Source of the DNA: a virus
Lineage: Duplodnaviria; Caudoviricetes
DNA length: 64,000 nucleotides
Virus record (IMG/VR): IMGVR_UViG_2061766007_000342
Location: 193,909-257,908 of that record
Strand: one strand, 5' to 3'
Shown: piece by piece, positions 28,764 through 38,706 of the stretch
Layout: each line of letters starts with the position of its first letter
Position numbering within the stretch: position 1 is the stretch's first letter
The notes under the pieces: generated by a model
What the model was told of the DNA's origin: nothing
The model's input: only the letters and a program-made list of their open reading frames with translations
Database searches by the model: none
Position numbers and translations under genes: made by a program

Positions 28764-31736
28764 TCAAGGACGAGTATTTCCATAATAGTAGTAATCCGGG
28801 TTTACGTTATTTTTTGGAATGATCAACATGTATGTGGAAGTCGATTTGTTATAAACCAAATTACCAACAATCACATCAGTATTGGACATTGATGGAAGTG
28901 CAGTCTTTGTGATACGATTGCCATCATCAAACCAAATATCATATCCCATCGATTTCATATGCTGATATGTTGACTTGATGCGGAAGATTGCTTCATCGTA
29001 TATGAATGGAACAACATTCTCTTTGACACCATAACGGAGCTTCATATGTGATGCGTCATGTATCTTCAATACATCACGTGGAATCAAATGATATCGAAGA
29101 CGAGTAATCTCGTCATACAAATGCAACATATTCGATTCACCGCCATTATCAAATGGACCACCAAAGATATATGTGAATTCATCCTTGGTAAATTCTACCA
29201 TATATGATTTGAAGTAAGAAATCACTTCTTTCAAGATATCAATGTATTCTTGTGCACCCAATGTGTACATCTGTAATGCGATAAGTTTGGAATTTGTGTA
29301 TGCTTCCAAAGCACGAATGATGGATTTGATCAATACCACAATTGAATCCATGTTGGATTTCATTGACATCAATCCGCGATACAATACTGGGTTAGATCGA
29401 AGTAACAATGCTTCATATGTGCGTGGACCATAATCCGTATTCGACAAATCCAATGATACTTTGTCTTTGATGATGGATTGGTATTGATTACGGAATACAG
29501 CATTCAATGCAATAGCATTATCAATGTTGGAATCATGCCATGTATCCATAACCGCATTAAACTTATCAACGAATGCAGAATCTGTGGTGAATGGATACTG
29601 TGTTAATGACTTAACATCCGATGTCATTAACTCATATGGTGAAATCGCATATGTGGTTCCATTATATGGAACATTAATGGTGTTTTCATCTTGGAATAAG
29701 AAATACTTGAATGATTCGTATTCCTCTGCGGAGAACCCATAATTGGATATGAGGATTTCATCGGTTGATATCTCCATCGATTCAAACCATTTCAGATTCA
29801 ATGGATCCGTTAAGAAGATATGATGATACGCTGTATCTACTTGACGGAATTCGTGAATCGTCATTGCATTGAATAACTTGTCTCGTAAGTATTTATACAC
29901 TGCTTTGACTTCATGCATCATGGTTTCACCAATATTAGCTGTTGTGCGATTGTAAATGCTTTCCAACATTGGTACGAATACATCGGGATCCAGGTATGAT
30001 TGATAGGGAAGTGATTTGTAATACTTTGGATCAGTATTTGGTAAATCAAAATTAAATGCAGATACAAGATACGGTAATCCGGGAATCGTATCGTGTGGAT
30101 CTTGATCTGGATTTGCGGAAGTACCAATGAACAACATATCCAAACATGATGGTTTACCATCATACATACCATTTGGAGATTGTATCATAGATTGGAAATG
30201 ATTACCTCGGAAGTCAACATGCTTCCAATCCATTGCAACCAATAATACAGTAACTGCATCGAAGATGGACATTCGTTGAATACCATTGATATTATGATCC
30301 AAATGAAGCATAATCGCTTTGGTTTCTTCACGATTATCCAATAAACCACGCAACAAGATGGATGTCTGCCACCATATGTCATCCATTGACATATATGTTG
30401 ACAATTGGATGTATTTGGAATTGGACAAGGTATAATTCATCGTTTGGATCATTTCTTCTACTTCGGGAGTATTCCACCAACGTGGATCTCCGGAAGTGAT
30501 TTCATCCAACGTATATGTCTTAGATGAATCACGGAATTTGAAATACGAGGTATTATCTTCAGCGGTACCAAATCGACGGAATACGATCTCTTGTTGTGGT
30601 TTACGTACACCATGTTCATCCGTGTAATAAACTGGTTTACCATTCTTGAATGCTTGTTGTTTCACCATGATAAGTGTATAGATATCTGTGTATTCATATC
30701 CAATGATATCCTTAACACGATAAACGGTATTGGTTCCTTTGTCCATTAACAACAACCGGAACTTCTTGAGAAATTCCACCATGGAATCTGTATTGTCCAT
30801 AATGACGGATGGTAAACCATATAGCATGAAGTAATCATTCATGATGGATGGATTCATGTAAATCAACGTGGATGAACGTTTCATACATTCGTTCAACACA
30901 TTACCAATGGTCATGTAAATGGTTAAGAATCGAATGAACGAATTGTAATTCGCATAGATCATTTCGAAATTACCACGCAATGTGAAATACACATAATCAT
31001 GAACCTTTTCGTATGTGGTGGTATACAAATGAACGAGATCTGACGAAACGGATACATCACCAAATGTTTGATGATATACGTGAAGCTTCGATGTGTTAAT
31101 CAATAAGATATCACCATCATGTGCGGGTCTGGATATCTCCAATGGTATGGAATAACTACCGAGATGTTTTAAGTATTCCACATCAGGATATTGTCGCAAT
31201 AACAATGGATAGTAGTCGGAATTTAAAAACAACTCCATATATTTATCGGGTAAAGTATGGACATATGCATCTGGACCAAATGCATATGTATTTTTATACA
31301 ACTCATAAAATCCCGATGGAACGGAGATTAATGGATCTGCATCGACTGTGGCGGAACCGTCAAATGGTAATCCCATTAAGTTTACATAATACTTATTGGG
31401 TTCTTTGTACTGATTGATGAACTCTTGACGTTTATGATTAAGAATTACTTTCAATGCTTGTGTGGGAATGATGGATGGGGTGTCCAACATTCGTTGAATT
31501 TCATGTGGATTGAATCCCAATTCGTTTAACATCGATGCTAATTCGACGGGATCCCATTCATATGATTCAAACATATCCGTACCAAGCTTTGCACGAACGT
31601 ATGCATCACCGTTTAATTTAGACTCAACGGTTTCGTATTTGTTTGCGATTTCTTTATTCTTGAATTCTGTATTGGAAACCAATAACTGAATCTTGAATAA
31701 ATATTCCGACATAACATGGTTGTTACCATTTCTCAT
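28764..31736 (-). CDS. Large virion structural protein (baseplate wedge-like)
   Basis: 990 aa. E-x-N-x-YY motif and LLMDKGT motif seen in wedge-type proteins. Confidence 0.45.
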   Translation of the reverse strand: MRNGNNHVMSEYLFKIQLLVSNTEFKNKEIANKYETVESKLNGDAYVRAKLGTDMFESYEWDPVELASMLNELGFNPHEIQRMLDTPSIIPTQALKVILNHKRQEFINQYKEPNKYYVNLMGLPFDGSATVDADPLISVPSGFYELYKNTYAFGPDAYVHTLPDKYMELFLNSDYYPLLLRQYPDVEYLKHLGSYSIPLEISRPAHDGDILLINTSKLHVYHQTFGDVSVSSDLVHLYTTTYEKVHDYVYFTLRGNFEMIYANYNSFIRFLTIYMTIGNVLNECMKRSSTLIYMNPSIMNDYFMLYGLPSVIMDNTDSMVEFLKKFRLLLMDKGTNTVYRVKDIIGYEYTDIYTLIMVKQQAFKNGKPVYYTDEHGVRKPQQEIVFRRFGTAEDNTSYFKFRDSSKTYTLDEITSGDPRWWNTPEVEEMIQTMNYTLSNSKYIQLSTYMSMDDIWWQTSILLRGLLDNREETKAIMLHLDHNINGIQRMSIFDAVTVLLVAMDWKHVDFRGNHFQSMIQSPNGMYDGKPSCLDMLFIGTSANPDQDPHDTIPGLPYLVSAFNFDLPNTDPKYYKSLPYQSYLDPDVFVPMLESIYNRTTANIGETMMHEVKAVYKYLRDKLFNAMTIHEFRQVDTAYHHIFLTDPLNLKWFESMEISTDEILISNYGFSAEEYESFKYFLFQDENTINVPYNGTTYAISPYELMTSDVKSLTQYPFTTDSAFVDKFNAVMDTWHDSNIDNAIALNAVFRNQYQSIIKDKVSLDLSNTDYGPRTYEALLLRSNPVLYRGLMSMKSNMDSIVVLIKSIIRALEAYTNSKLIALQMYTLGAQEYIDILKEVISYFKSYMVEFTKDEFTYIFGGPFDNGGESNMLHLYDEITRLRYHLIPRDVLKIHDASHMKLRYGVKENVVPFIYDEAIFRIKSTYQHMKSMGYDIWFDDGNRITKTALPSMSNTDVIVGNLVYNKSTSTYMLIIPKNNVNPDYYYYGNTRP

Positions 31737-31767
31737 ATGATATCACTTCCTTAATGAAAAAAAAATA

Positions 31768-31789
31768 TGTGGGGGCGAATGCCCCCACA
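31768..31789 (-). terminator. Intrinsic terminator
   Basis: TGTGGGGGC-gaat-GCCCCCACA followed on the minus strand by a T-run. Confidence 0.7.
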
Positions 31790-31802
31790 ACATAACATTT
31801 GA

Positions 31803-32708
31803 TCAAAAATCACCGATCTCTGCATCCAATGCATCTAAGTATTCTTGGATGGTGCTGAGTGAGTTGGAACGAGATGTGTTCACATCATATACAACTCCAA
31901 GCTTCTCTGCACATTTACCAGATATGATTGTTATGATCTGTTGTTTCGTGTAGTTACCAGCTGGTAGTGGTTCATACGGAAATAACTTCTCATATATCAT
32001 AAATAGATGCTCGATGGATACTGTCTCCAAGAAGCATGTCAGATTATTACATTCCATATCATAACCTGTCTGAGAGATTAAACCTGTCAGTTTCATCATC
32101 ATGTCATAATCTCCCAAATCCGATAACATCTTCTTGGCAAATGCTTTGTCACCAACATATTGCTGTTTACCCGGAACGATCTGTGGACGATATTTTGGAT
32201 CCAAGAATGTGATATCTTCTCCAAAGAAATGTGCCAAATATGCACACATGATATGTCCAAATTGACGAACGATGTCTTCATCATTAATGATAATGATTCG
32301 TAAACCACGATGTTTTCTTGGATTGGATAATGTTCCATATAACCAATCTCGTACACCAATAATGGTCTGTGGACTTTGTAAACGTTTCACGTAGATCTGT
32401 TCTGCTGTCTCATGACGTTGATTTGACAAATCTCCAATGGCGTTGGTTGTTGCCATATTGACTGCCCACACCGGATCCAACCAACCATCACCATATATGA
32501 TATTGAATCTGGATATAGATCCAGATGTGATTGGTTTGTTAATAATCTCCGTTGTTCCATCATCATGATATACAACTTCTTTGTCGAAATGAACGTTCGC
32601 TGCTGAGTTCTGGACATCTGGAACGTAATATGTTGCTTTCAACAAATCTTGAAACGACATATACTGAACCAACACATTGATGAATACACGCTTTGATGTT
32701 ACAATCAT
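31803..32708 (-). CDS. Hypothetical protein
   Basis: RBS AAAGGAGG and upstream CATATATTAT motif. Confidence 0.65.
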   Translation of the reverse strand: MIVTSKRVFINVLVQYMSFQDLLKATYYVPDVQNSAANVHFDKEVVYHDDGTTEIINKPITSGSISRFNIIYGDGWLDPVWAVNMATTNAIGDLSNQRHETAEQIYVKRLQSPQTIIGVRDWLYGTLSNPRKHRGLRIIIINDEDIVRQFGHIMCAYLAHFFGEDITFLDPKYRPQIVPGKQQYVGDKAFAKKMLSDLGDYDMMMKLTGLISQTGYDMECNNLTCFLETVSIEHLFMIYEKLFPYEPLPAGNYTKQQIITIISGKCAEKLGVVYDVNTSRSNSLSTIQEYLDALDAEIGDF

Positions 32709-32746
32709 AATGAATTCCTCCTTTCTATGATAATATATGTATTGTA

Positions 32747-33400
32747 TTAATCTAAATACTCATATTCATCTGATGGTTTCACGTCATCATCCAATTCCAA
32801 CCAACACATGAAATTCCAAATGGCTGAAATGTGATGTGGCTCATCGGTTTCATCATTCAGCCATTGACAGAAGTGTCGAAATCCGGAATCTTCAAAACTG
32901 TTCTGCGGGATACCCTTTCGCCAATTGTTTTCACCGTATTTATCGGCTCCCTTTTCGAAATGGATTGCCAAGTCTTTCAACATCTGGATGACAGCTCTCC
33001 ACAAGTAAGCATACACAATCGGCTGGTTGATAGCCGGATAATTCTTATATGCCGAACCAACTTCTTCTGTTGTTACATACTTCGCATATGCAATCAACAA
33101 GATTGCAACCTCGAAGTTACGATTGGCAACTGCTGTCACCATATCTGAAACATTGCATTCTGCGAACGGTTCAACTTCAAAATCACGAAGCTTATCCATG
33201 ACACGAATTAATGCAATGGACGGAATCAGATCAAATCTTCCTTTACCAGTTTTGGTATATCTGATACCACCACCTTCGAACTGACGATATTCACCGTCCA
33301 TCTTGATGTTATAATCTTTCTTATCATCATCGGTTGAAGGCAGTGTATCAATTGATACACCGCCGATCTTTACCTCAACATTATTTGTCATTTCCGCCAT
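32747..33400 (-). CDS. dATP/dGTP diphosphohydrolase-family protein (DUF5664-like)
   Basis: GKGRFDLIP...GADKYGENNWRKGI...RH...EPHHISAIWN, with an insertion of about 80 aa inside the domain. Confidence 0.75.
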   Translation of the reverse strand: MAEMTNNVEVKIGGVSIDTLPSTDDDKKDYNIKMDGEYRQFEGGGIRYTKTGKGRFDLIPSIALIRVMDKLRDFEVEPFAECNVSDMVTAVANRNFEVAILLIAYAKYVTTEEVGSAYKNYPAINQPIVYAYLWRAVIQMLKDLAIHFEKGADKYGENNWRKGIPQNSFEDSGFRHFCQWLNDETDEPHHISAIWNFMCWLELDDDVKPSDEYEYLD

Positions 33401-34655
33401 TGTAATCATCCTCCTGAACTTGTTCGGTTGCTACCGTTTCGATTGCTTTTACTTCTTCATTCTTCTGATCTTCGGAAGTATCTTCATCTTCTTCTTCATC
33501 ATCAGATTCCTCTTCGTCATCGTCATCATTCAGACACTTGACATAATCATCATCGTCATGTTTGATGGCTTCACGTTCATCATGCATCATCTGTTCGAGG
33601 ATTGTTAAGAAATGTCCCATCATCCATGCAGGTTCATCTGTGAATGCTAAATACAGAATCATTGCCGGATTCAGTACATCAGGATCTTCGCGATCAAAAC
33701 TATCCATCATTCCTTCGTATACTCTACGAGGAACATTCCATACGAACTGTTTGAACTGTTCACCAGAGAACGGAATGTCGCTGAAGTATTTCTCATTCAG
33801 ATACATGATATAGTTCATGACTTCGGAAGCTTCTTTCTCCGTCAGAAGAGTCTTCACCTCTGCAGTTGATGAAGCAATCTCTGTTCTGATTTGCTGAAGC
33901 ATCTCATACAGTGCCATATTCTTAATGTCATCAGCTTCTTGTTCATCATACTTCGAAAGCTGACGATGGAGCTCTTCAATCTCAAATGCTTTTGCACCAC
34001 AATCCGTCTTCAACTCGTCAAGCTCTTCCTTTAAAGTTTGATTCTGTTTGTTCAATTCTTCATTGGTTGTATGAGCAATCAATAACTCAGAACTCAGTTC
34101 CTTGATTCTAGCATTCAACTCTTCAACCTTGTCGCGATAATACGTCACATTGGATTCAGCAATACTCTTTTCCAAATCGGAGCACTTCTGCGTGAGCTTT
34201 GTATAAGCCTCAATGTGAGGCTGAATGATTTCATTGATTTTATTCTCATTGGATGAAATCGTGTGAGTTAACTTTTCATTGTCCGTTCTCAATGTTGCAA
34301 TTTCACTGTTTAAACGAACAATCTCTTTCTCGTTCTGTTTACACTGAGACTCCCATGAAGAATCAGGAACCTTATTGGTTAATGCTTCCGCAATAGAGAG
34401 CTGTTTACGTAATGACTCGTTCTCACGCATTAAATCTTCGATGTCTTTTGTCAAATGATTCGATGCTTTATCATCTTCCGGATTATGATTGACATTGATC
34501 TTATCCCACAGCTCAGTATTCTCATTTGTCAAATTCTGAATACGGATATGGAGCGTCTCAATCTCTTTATCCTTCCCAGCAATGACGTCGGTGCTTACAA
34601 TGGTCGGGGATTGACCATTCATGTCAATCCCTTTCAGATAATTTGATGCATGCAT
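33381..34655 (-). CDS. Long coiled-coil protein with an acidic C-terminal tail
   Basis: Heptad-rich region of about 250 aa and a DDDDEEESDDEEEDED tail. Start reassigned to 34655. Confidence 0.65.
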   Translation of the reverse strand: MHASNYLKGIDMNGQSPTIVSTDVIAGKDKEIETLHIRIQNLTNENTELWDKINVNHNPEDDKASNHLTKDIEDLMRENESLRKQLSIAEALTNKVPDSSWESQCKQNEKEIVRLNSEIATLRTDNEKLTHTISSNENKINEIIQPHIEAYTKLTQKCSDLEKSIAESNVTYYRDKVEELNARIKELSSELLIAHTTNEELNKQNQTLKEELDELKTDCGAKAFEIEELHRQLSKYDEQEADDIKNMALYEMLQQIRTEIASSTAEVKTLLTEKEASEVMNYIMYLNEKYFSDIPFSGEQFKQFVWNVPRRVYEGMMDSFDREDPDVLNPAMILYLAFTDEPAWMMGHFLTILEQMMHDEREAIKHDDDDYVKCLNDDDDEEESDDEEEDEDTSEDQKNEEVKAIETVATEQVQEDDYNGGNDK

Positions 34656-34677
34656 AATAACACTTCCTTCTTTATTT

Positions 34678-35532
34678 TTATACAAGACTACTGAATGGAA
34701 CAATCGAATTTCGATTCAGTATCATGTTGGCAACATTCATAGATGTCTTATACGGATCCGGAGCATCTGGATTGTTTCTGGATACTTCCATCGGATCAAT
34801 ATCTACTTCCATTGTGACAGTTGGTTCTGTCAAATGAACTCCTTCGATGGTATTGAACAACCGAAGTCGATCCTGCTGAGTAATCGTTGAACGCAATGAT
34901 GAATCCGGATACACCGCATTACAAGATTGACAACGATATTCTGAGAATGTAGAATTCATTACCATTGTTTTGCATCCACATGTCAAACAATGAAACAGAT
35001 CCATTGACACAGGAAAGATATATGCATAATCGATACATACAGCTTTTCCTTGTGAATTAACACCCCAATTAGCATAGTTCTTATCAACGATACCAACATC
35101 TCCAATCAAGAATCGTTGACACCAATTAGACAAGATCTGTGAAATGGAATCTCTTCTAAGCATCATCTCTGAATATGATGAGAATGCTGGTGCATATTCT
35201 GCCACAAGTAAATGTCCGCCATCTGAGATTTCAAATGTGGATGCAACATGTGGTGCCAATTGATCTGACATGACCCATTCTTGGCGATTATCTGCAATGC
35301 CTTCTTTATCCAACGCGATCTTGATTACATATCCATCATACTTCACAATGTGACGATTGGTTCCAGTACCAATGGATCTGTATTCAATATTATATTTGGA
35401 AAATAACTCATTGATTTTATCACGTCTGGACGTTGGAAGCATTCCCTTTTGTAATGAGACTTCTCCAAGTTCATCACGTAACTCATGTGGAAGCATCAAC
35501 AATCTTGAACGATATGTCACTGTTTGCTTCAT
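34678..35532 (-). CDS. Protein kinase-like enzyme with a C-terminal Zn ribbon
   Basis: Gly-loop IGTGTNR, VIKIA Lys, NRQE helix-C Glu, catalytic D(VGIVDKNYA)N, IDYA (DFG-equivalent), and CLTC...CQSC. Confidence 0.8.
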   Translation of the reverse strand: MKQTVTYRSRLLMLPHELRDELGEVSLQKGMLPTSRRDKINELFSKYNIEYRSIGTGTNRHIVKYDGYVIKIALDKEGIADNRQEWVMSDQLAPHVASTFEISDGGHLLVAEYAPAFSSYSEMMLRRDSISQILSNWCQRFLIGDVGIVDKNYANWGVNSQGKAVCIDYAYIFPVSMDLFHCLTCGCKTMVMNSTFSEYRCQSCNAVYPDSSLRSTITQQDRLRLFNTIEGVHLTEPTVTMEVDIDPMEVSRNNPDAPDPYKTSMNVANMILNRNSIVPFSSLV

Positions 35533-35571
35533 GTTATCACTTCCATTCTACATTAAAAATGAATTATAATG

Positions 35572-35597
35572 ATCACGGGGCGATGATGCCCCGTGAT
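35572..35597. terminator. GC hairpin
   Basis: ATCACGGGGC-gatgat-GCCCCGTGAT. Confidence 0.55.
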
Positions 35598-35610
35598 ACA
35601 TTGTTATGGT

Positions 35611-36369
35611 TTACTTGTTGGGGAAGTTCTGTTTTGCAATACTCTCCCATGAAGTATCAGGTGTCACTGACGGTACAGCCGGAGGTGCGGGTGTCGGATA
35701 TACCGGACCTGATGCTTGCTGAGGATTCGGAATGTACTGCGTCCAATTCGCAACCGGAAGCTGGGACGGATTGGGCTGTGTATACGTATTTTCCCACTGC
35801 TGTGTCTTACGGGTAATCGGAGTGACATTGCACTGAGTATACATCGCAGAACAATCCATGGTCGGTACAGTATTGGGAAACTGGTTCTGTACAAACGGAT
35901 TGGGTGTGGAGTATGCAGGTGCAGACGGTGTTGTCTGTGTCCACGGAGATGTAGACTGAGGTGCATTCGGATCAAATCTACGAGAATCTGTCTGTACATT
36001 CATACCAAACGGATTCGTCGGAGCCTGATACTCCGGGGGATAACTACTGAACGGCTGAATGTTCTGTTCAACCGGTACAGAAATCGGAGATGTGGGATAC
36101 TGCTGATACTGGGGCTGCTGGGGCATGGAACAACCATTGTTCTTGGCATACAATGCCTGGAATGCAGCCATCTGATCATTCCAATTGTTCGGCTGTGCGG
36201 GCTGAGTCGGATTCATCATCGGTTCATTACGACGAGAATCCTGCTGGAATGTACCAGGCATGGAACCCATTCCACCATAATAGAACGTGTTGTTCTGGAA
36301 CTGGGGCTGCGGCTGATACGTGTGCGACAGGAAGCTTCCTGTGTTGGTTGGGTAGTCCGGATTAATCAT
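35611..36369 (-). CDS. Pro/Gln/Asn/aromatic-rich intrinsically disordered protein
   Basis: RBS AAGGAGG. Low complexity, few charged residues, two DSRR motifs. Confidence 0.75.
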   Translation of the reverse strand: MINPDYPTNTGSFLSHTYQPQPQFQNNTFYYGGMGSMPGTFQQDSRRNEPMMNPTQPAQPNNWNDQMAAFQALYAKNNGCSMPQQPQYQQYPTSPISVPVEQNIQPFSSYPPEYQAPTNPFGMNVQTDSRRFDPNAPQSTSPWTQTTPSAPAYSTPNPFVQNQFPNTVPTMDCSAMYTQCNVTPITRKTQQWENTYTQPNPSQLPVANWTQYIPNPQQASGPVYPTPAPPAVPSVTPDTSWESIAKQNFPNK

Positions 36370-36399
36370 AACGGTTTCCTCCTTAAATGAATTTTTGTA

Positions 36400-37032
36400 T
36401 CAATGATACATATTCGCGATCAGATGACTCAACAGCATCAAGTCTTTCTGAACTTCATTGATGGGTTTCATACCGAAATTCCATCTGGTGCGATAACACA
36501 TGTAATTATCATTGATACGTGTAATATGACCACACCGGTATGGTGTGTTCATCGGATTTACAATACACTGTGCATACTCATTCGGAATGTACAGTGTTGT
36601 CAGCATGTTCTCCGTTTCCATCGGTGTGCATCTACCGGATACATTCACCTCATATGTTCCTGTGAGAACAATGCCGCACTGCTCAAGTTTCTGCAGTACA
36701 CCCATCAGAAACATAAGCTGTTTTGTTGTCTGGGAACAAGGTACAGGTGCAGTCATTACCCAAAGACCTGTTTTATCAGGTACTTCTTCAATCGCTGCTT
36801 CACGAACCATGCAACCTGTCCCAGGCAGGATCTGCATCAAGAAGCGATCAATTGCTTCCAGACGAAGACGCGGATGCTGTGTTGTTGCTGCACGATCTTT
36901 CACCATTACCTTGAAACCGACAAACGGTTCACGCTGAACTGCTTCCGGCGGATATGCTTGCATAACCATACCGGAGTAGTCGATGATTTGGTGAGGACCG
37001 AGTACGCAACTCTGGTAAGCTTCAATACTCAT
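36400..37032 (-). CDS. Hypothetical protein, possibly a degenerate amidoligase (COOH-NH2 ligase) fold
   Basis: Motif order resembles amidoligases but the catalytic residues are substituted. RBS AGGAGG. Confidence 0.35.
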   Translation of the reverse strand: MSIEAYQSCVLGPHQIIDYSGMVMQAYPPEAVQREPFVGFKVMVKDRAATTQHPRLRLEAIDRFLMQILPGTGCMVREAAIEEVPDKTGLWVMTAPVPCSQTTKQLMFLMGVLQKLEQCGIVLTGTYEVNVSGRCTPMETENMLTTLYIPNEYAQCIVNPMNTPYRCGHITRINDNYMCYRTRWNFGMKPINEVQKDLMLLSHLIANMYH

Positions 37033-37111
37033 AACGAAACCTCCTATGAAAATTTGGAGACAGTAACACTTAGTGTGACCATCTCACCGGAATTATATGT
37101 ATATAAAATGA

Positions 37112-38605
37112 TTAAATATTTGCCACAAAGTTTTGCATTTGTTTACCGAAGAAGATTGGTTGTGACAATGTCGTTGTCTCCATGATATCCGGTTGTAATG
37201 CAAACGAGTCTTGTGAATAGAAAGGTTGACGGATTGCTGTAATATCAGATCCCTCTTTCTCGACATCACGACGCTTTGCGGCTTTGAGCATCAGATCTTT
37301 TTGGTCACCTGATTGTTCGATATTGACAATCCCTAAGAAGTCAGCAACTTCCAAGACTTCAATTGCGGAACCAATCTGTGAACGACCCAATACTTCAGCT
37401 GATTTGTTATAACCACCATGAGCAACAGCTTGATCAACTACTTGTGCAGCCATACGATTCAACTGATGACCGGTGACAACGGGAATGTTGAACTGTATCG
37501 CCATTGTCTTGAACTCATTCATGATGGCGTTCAATTCTCCCTTTTCAGAAGCTCGTGCAACTTCATCCCGAGAAGCCGGACGAATTCGCTTTAAATAATC
37601 GAAAAATAAAGCAACAACTTCCGTTGTTTCCGTATTGAACGCTCGAATGATATTTGCAATATCGGCAGTTGACTTTTCGCGATATCCATAATACAACAAT
37701 ACCGAACGGAATCCTTTGGATGTTAACTTCTCATTGATCATGTCTACAATCTCATCGACTGTATAGGAAGCCATATCTGCCATTGGATATAACAATGACC
37801 ACAACCGTCGAACGGTTTGTGCCATGGAGTTTTCCATGGAAATGTAAATGGATATAGGTTGTTTACCATTCAATGTGTTCTTGATATGTTCATTATACAG
37901 ACACGTATCCACATGTCCTTGAAGTAACATACCCGATTTGTAATTACCAGGCAAACCTGCCCATACATAAACACATCCAGACAAATATCCCGGAGACAAT
38001 AACATGTTCACACCTTTGAAAGATGTAATGATACATTTGTCTGCAGAACGAGCATCTTTTGTTTGTGCAACAACTGTTTTCATTCCTTCGATATTATCTG
38101 AATCGAATTGATGTGATACAGCTGCAATATTGGACACGTTATATGCTTCAACCATCTTGGTTGAGATTTGATAAATGGCATTAACCGTTTCTTTGACCGG
38201 TGCATCTTCATCGTCAAGTAAATCCATTGCTTTGATGAACGATTTCTTATTCTTCAATAACTTTGCATACTTGACATAATCCGAAAGCAATAGACAAAGC
38301 TCAGTTAATTCTGATTGTGTTTTAATTGTGGGATTGTCATGGAAGTATTTTACATTCTTAACAATCTCAGAATCTTCTCCCTCTTCATCCATTGAATTCA
38401 TGATCAATGTATAAGAACGAATATCTCGTTCGAAGTATGCGAGAATACGATGTGCCGTTTGATAATAGATGGATTTTGTTGACGGGTATTCGGATAATGC
38501 ACGTGAAAACAACACAAAGTTTTGTGCGGTTTTATATTCGTCATGCGATGATACCATCACCGATATAATGTCTTTGTAAAATGATGACCTCAATTGACAT
38601 CCCAT
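37112..38605 (-). CDS. dnaB: Replicative DnaB-like helicase
   Basis: Walker A GLPGNYKS, YISMEN, DYLKRI, GHQLNR, ADF. Start reassigned to ATG 38605 behind AAAGGGGG. Confidence 0.85.
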   Translation of the reverse strand: MGCQLRSSFYKDIISVMVSSHDEYKTAQNFVLFSRALSEYPSTKSIYYQTAHRILAYFERDIRSYTLIMNSMDEEGEDSEIVKNVKYFHDNPTIKTQSELTELCLLLSDYVKYAKLLKNKKSFIKAMDLLDDEDAPVKETVNAIYQISTKMVEAYNVSNIAAVSHQFDSDNIEGMKTVVAQTKDARSADKCIITSFKGVNMLLSPGYLSGCVYVWAGLPGNYKSGMLLQGHVDTCLYNEHIKNTLNGKQPISIYISMENSMAQTVRRLWSLLYPMADMASYTVDEIVDMINEKLTSKGFRSVLLYYGYREKSTADIANIIRAFNTETTEVVALFFDYLKRIRPASRDEVARASEKGELNAIMNEFKTMAIQFNIPVVTGHQLNRMAAQVVDQAVAHGGYNKSAEVLGRSQIGSAIEVLEVADFLGIVNIEQSGDQKDLMLKAAKRRDVEKEGSDITAIRQPFYSQDSFALQPDIMETTTLSQPIFFGKQMQNFVANI

Positions 38606-38670
38606 TGGTTTAGCCCCCTTTGGTGAAAATGAAAAGTGACGTATCATTTCGTTACAAATCGTCATGATTT

Positions 38671-38698
38671 TAAGTGGCGGGATATATCCCGCCACTTA
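38671..38698. terminator. Perfect 28-bp palindrome after the chaperonin gene
   Basis: TAAGTGGCGGGATATATCCCGCCACTTA. Confidence 0.55.
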
Positions 38699-38706
38699 TA
38701 TTATCA

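Noticed and set aside
35716-37185. Long plus-strand ORFs (224 aa and 260 aa), and similar ones at 230-964, 1514-2110, 21507-22686 and 43934-44536
   Set aside because: These are antisense shadows of genes with biased codon usage. They have no RBS and implausible composition.
38606-38695. N-terminal 30 aa of DnaB as given in the ORF track
   Set aside because: The GTG start lies inside the palindrome and has no SD. ATG 38605 has one.
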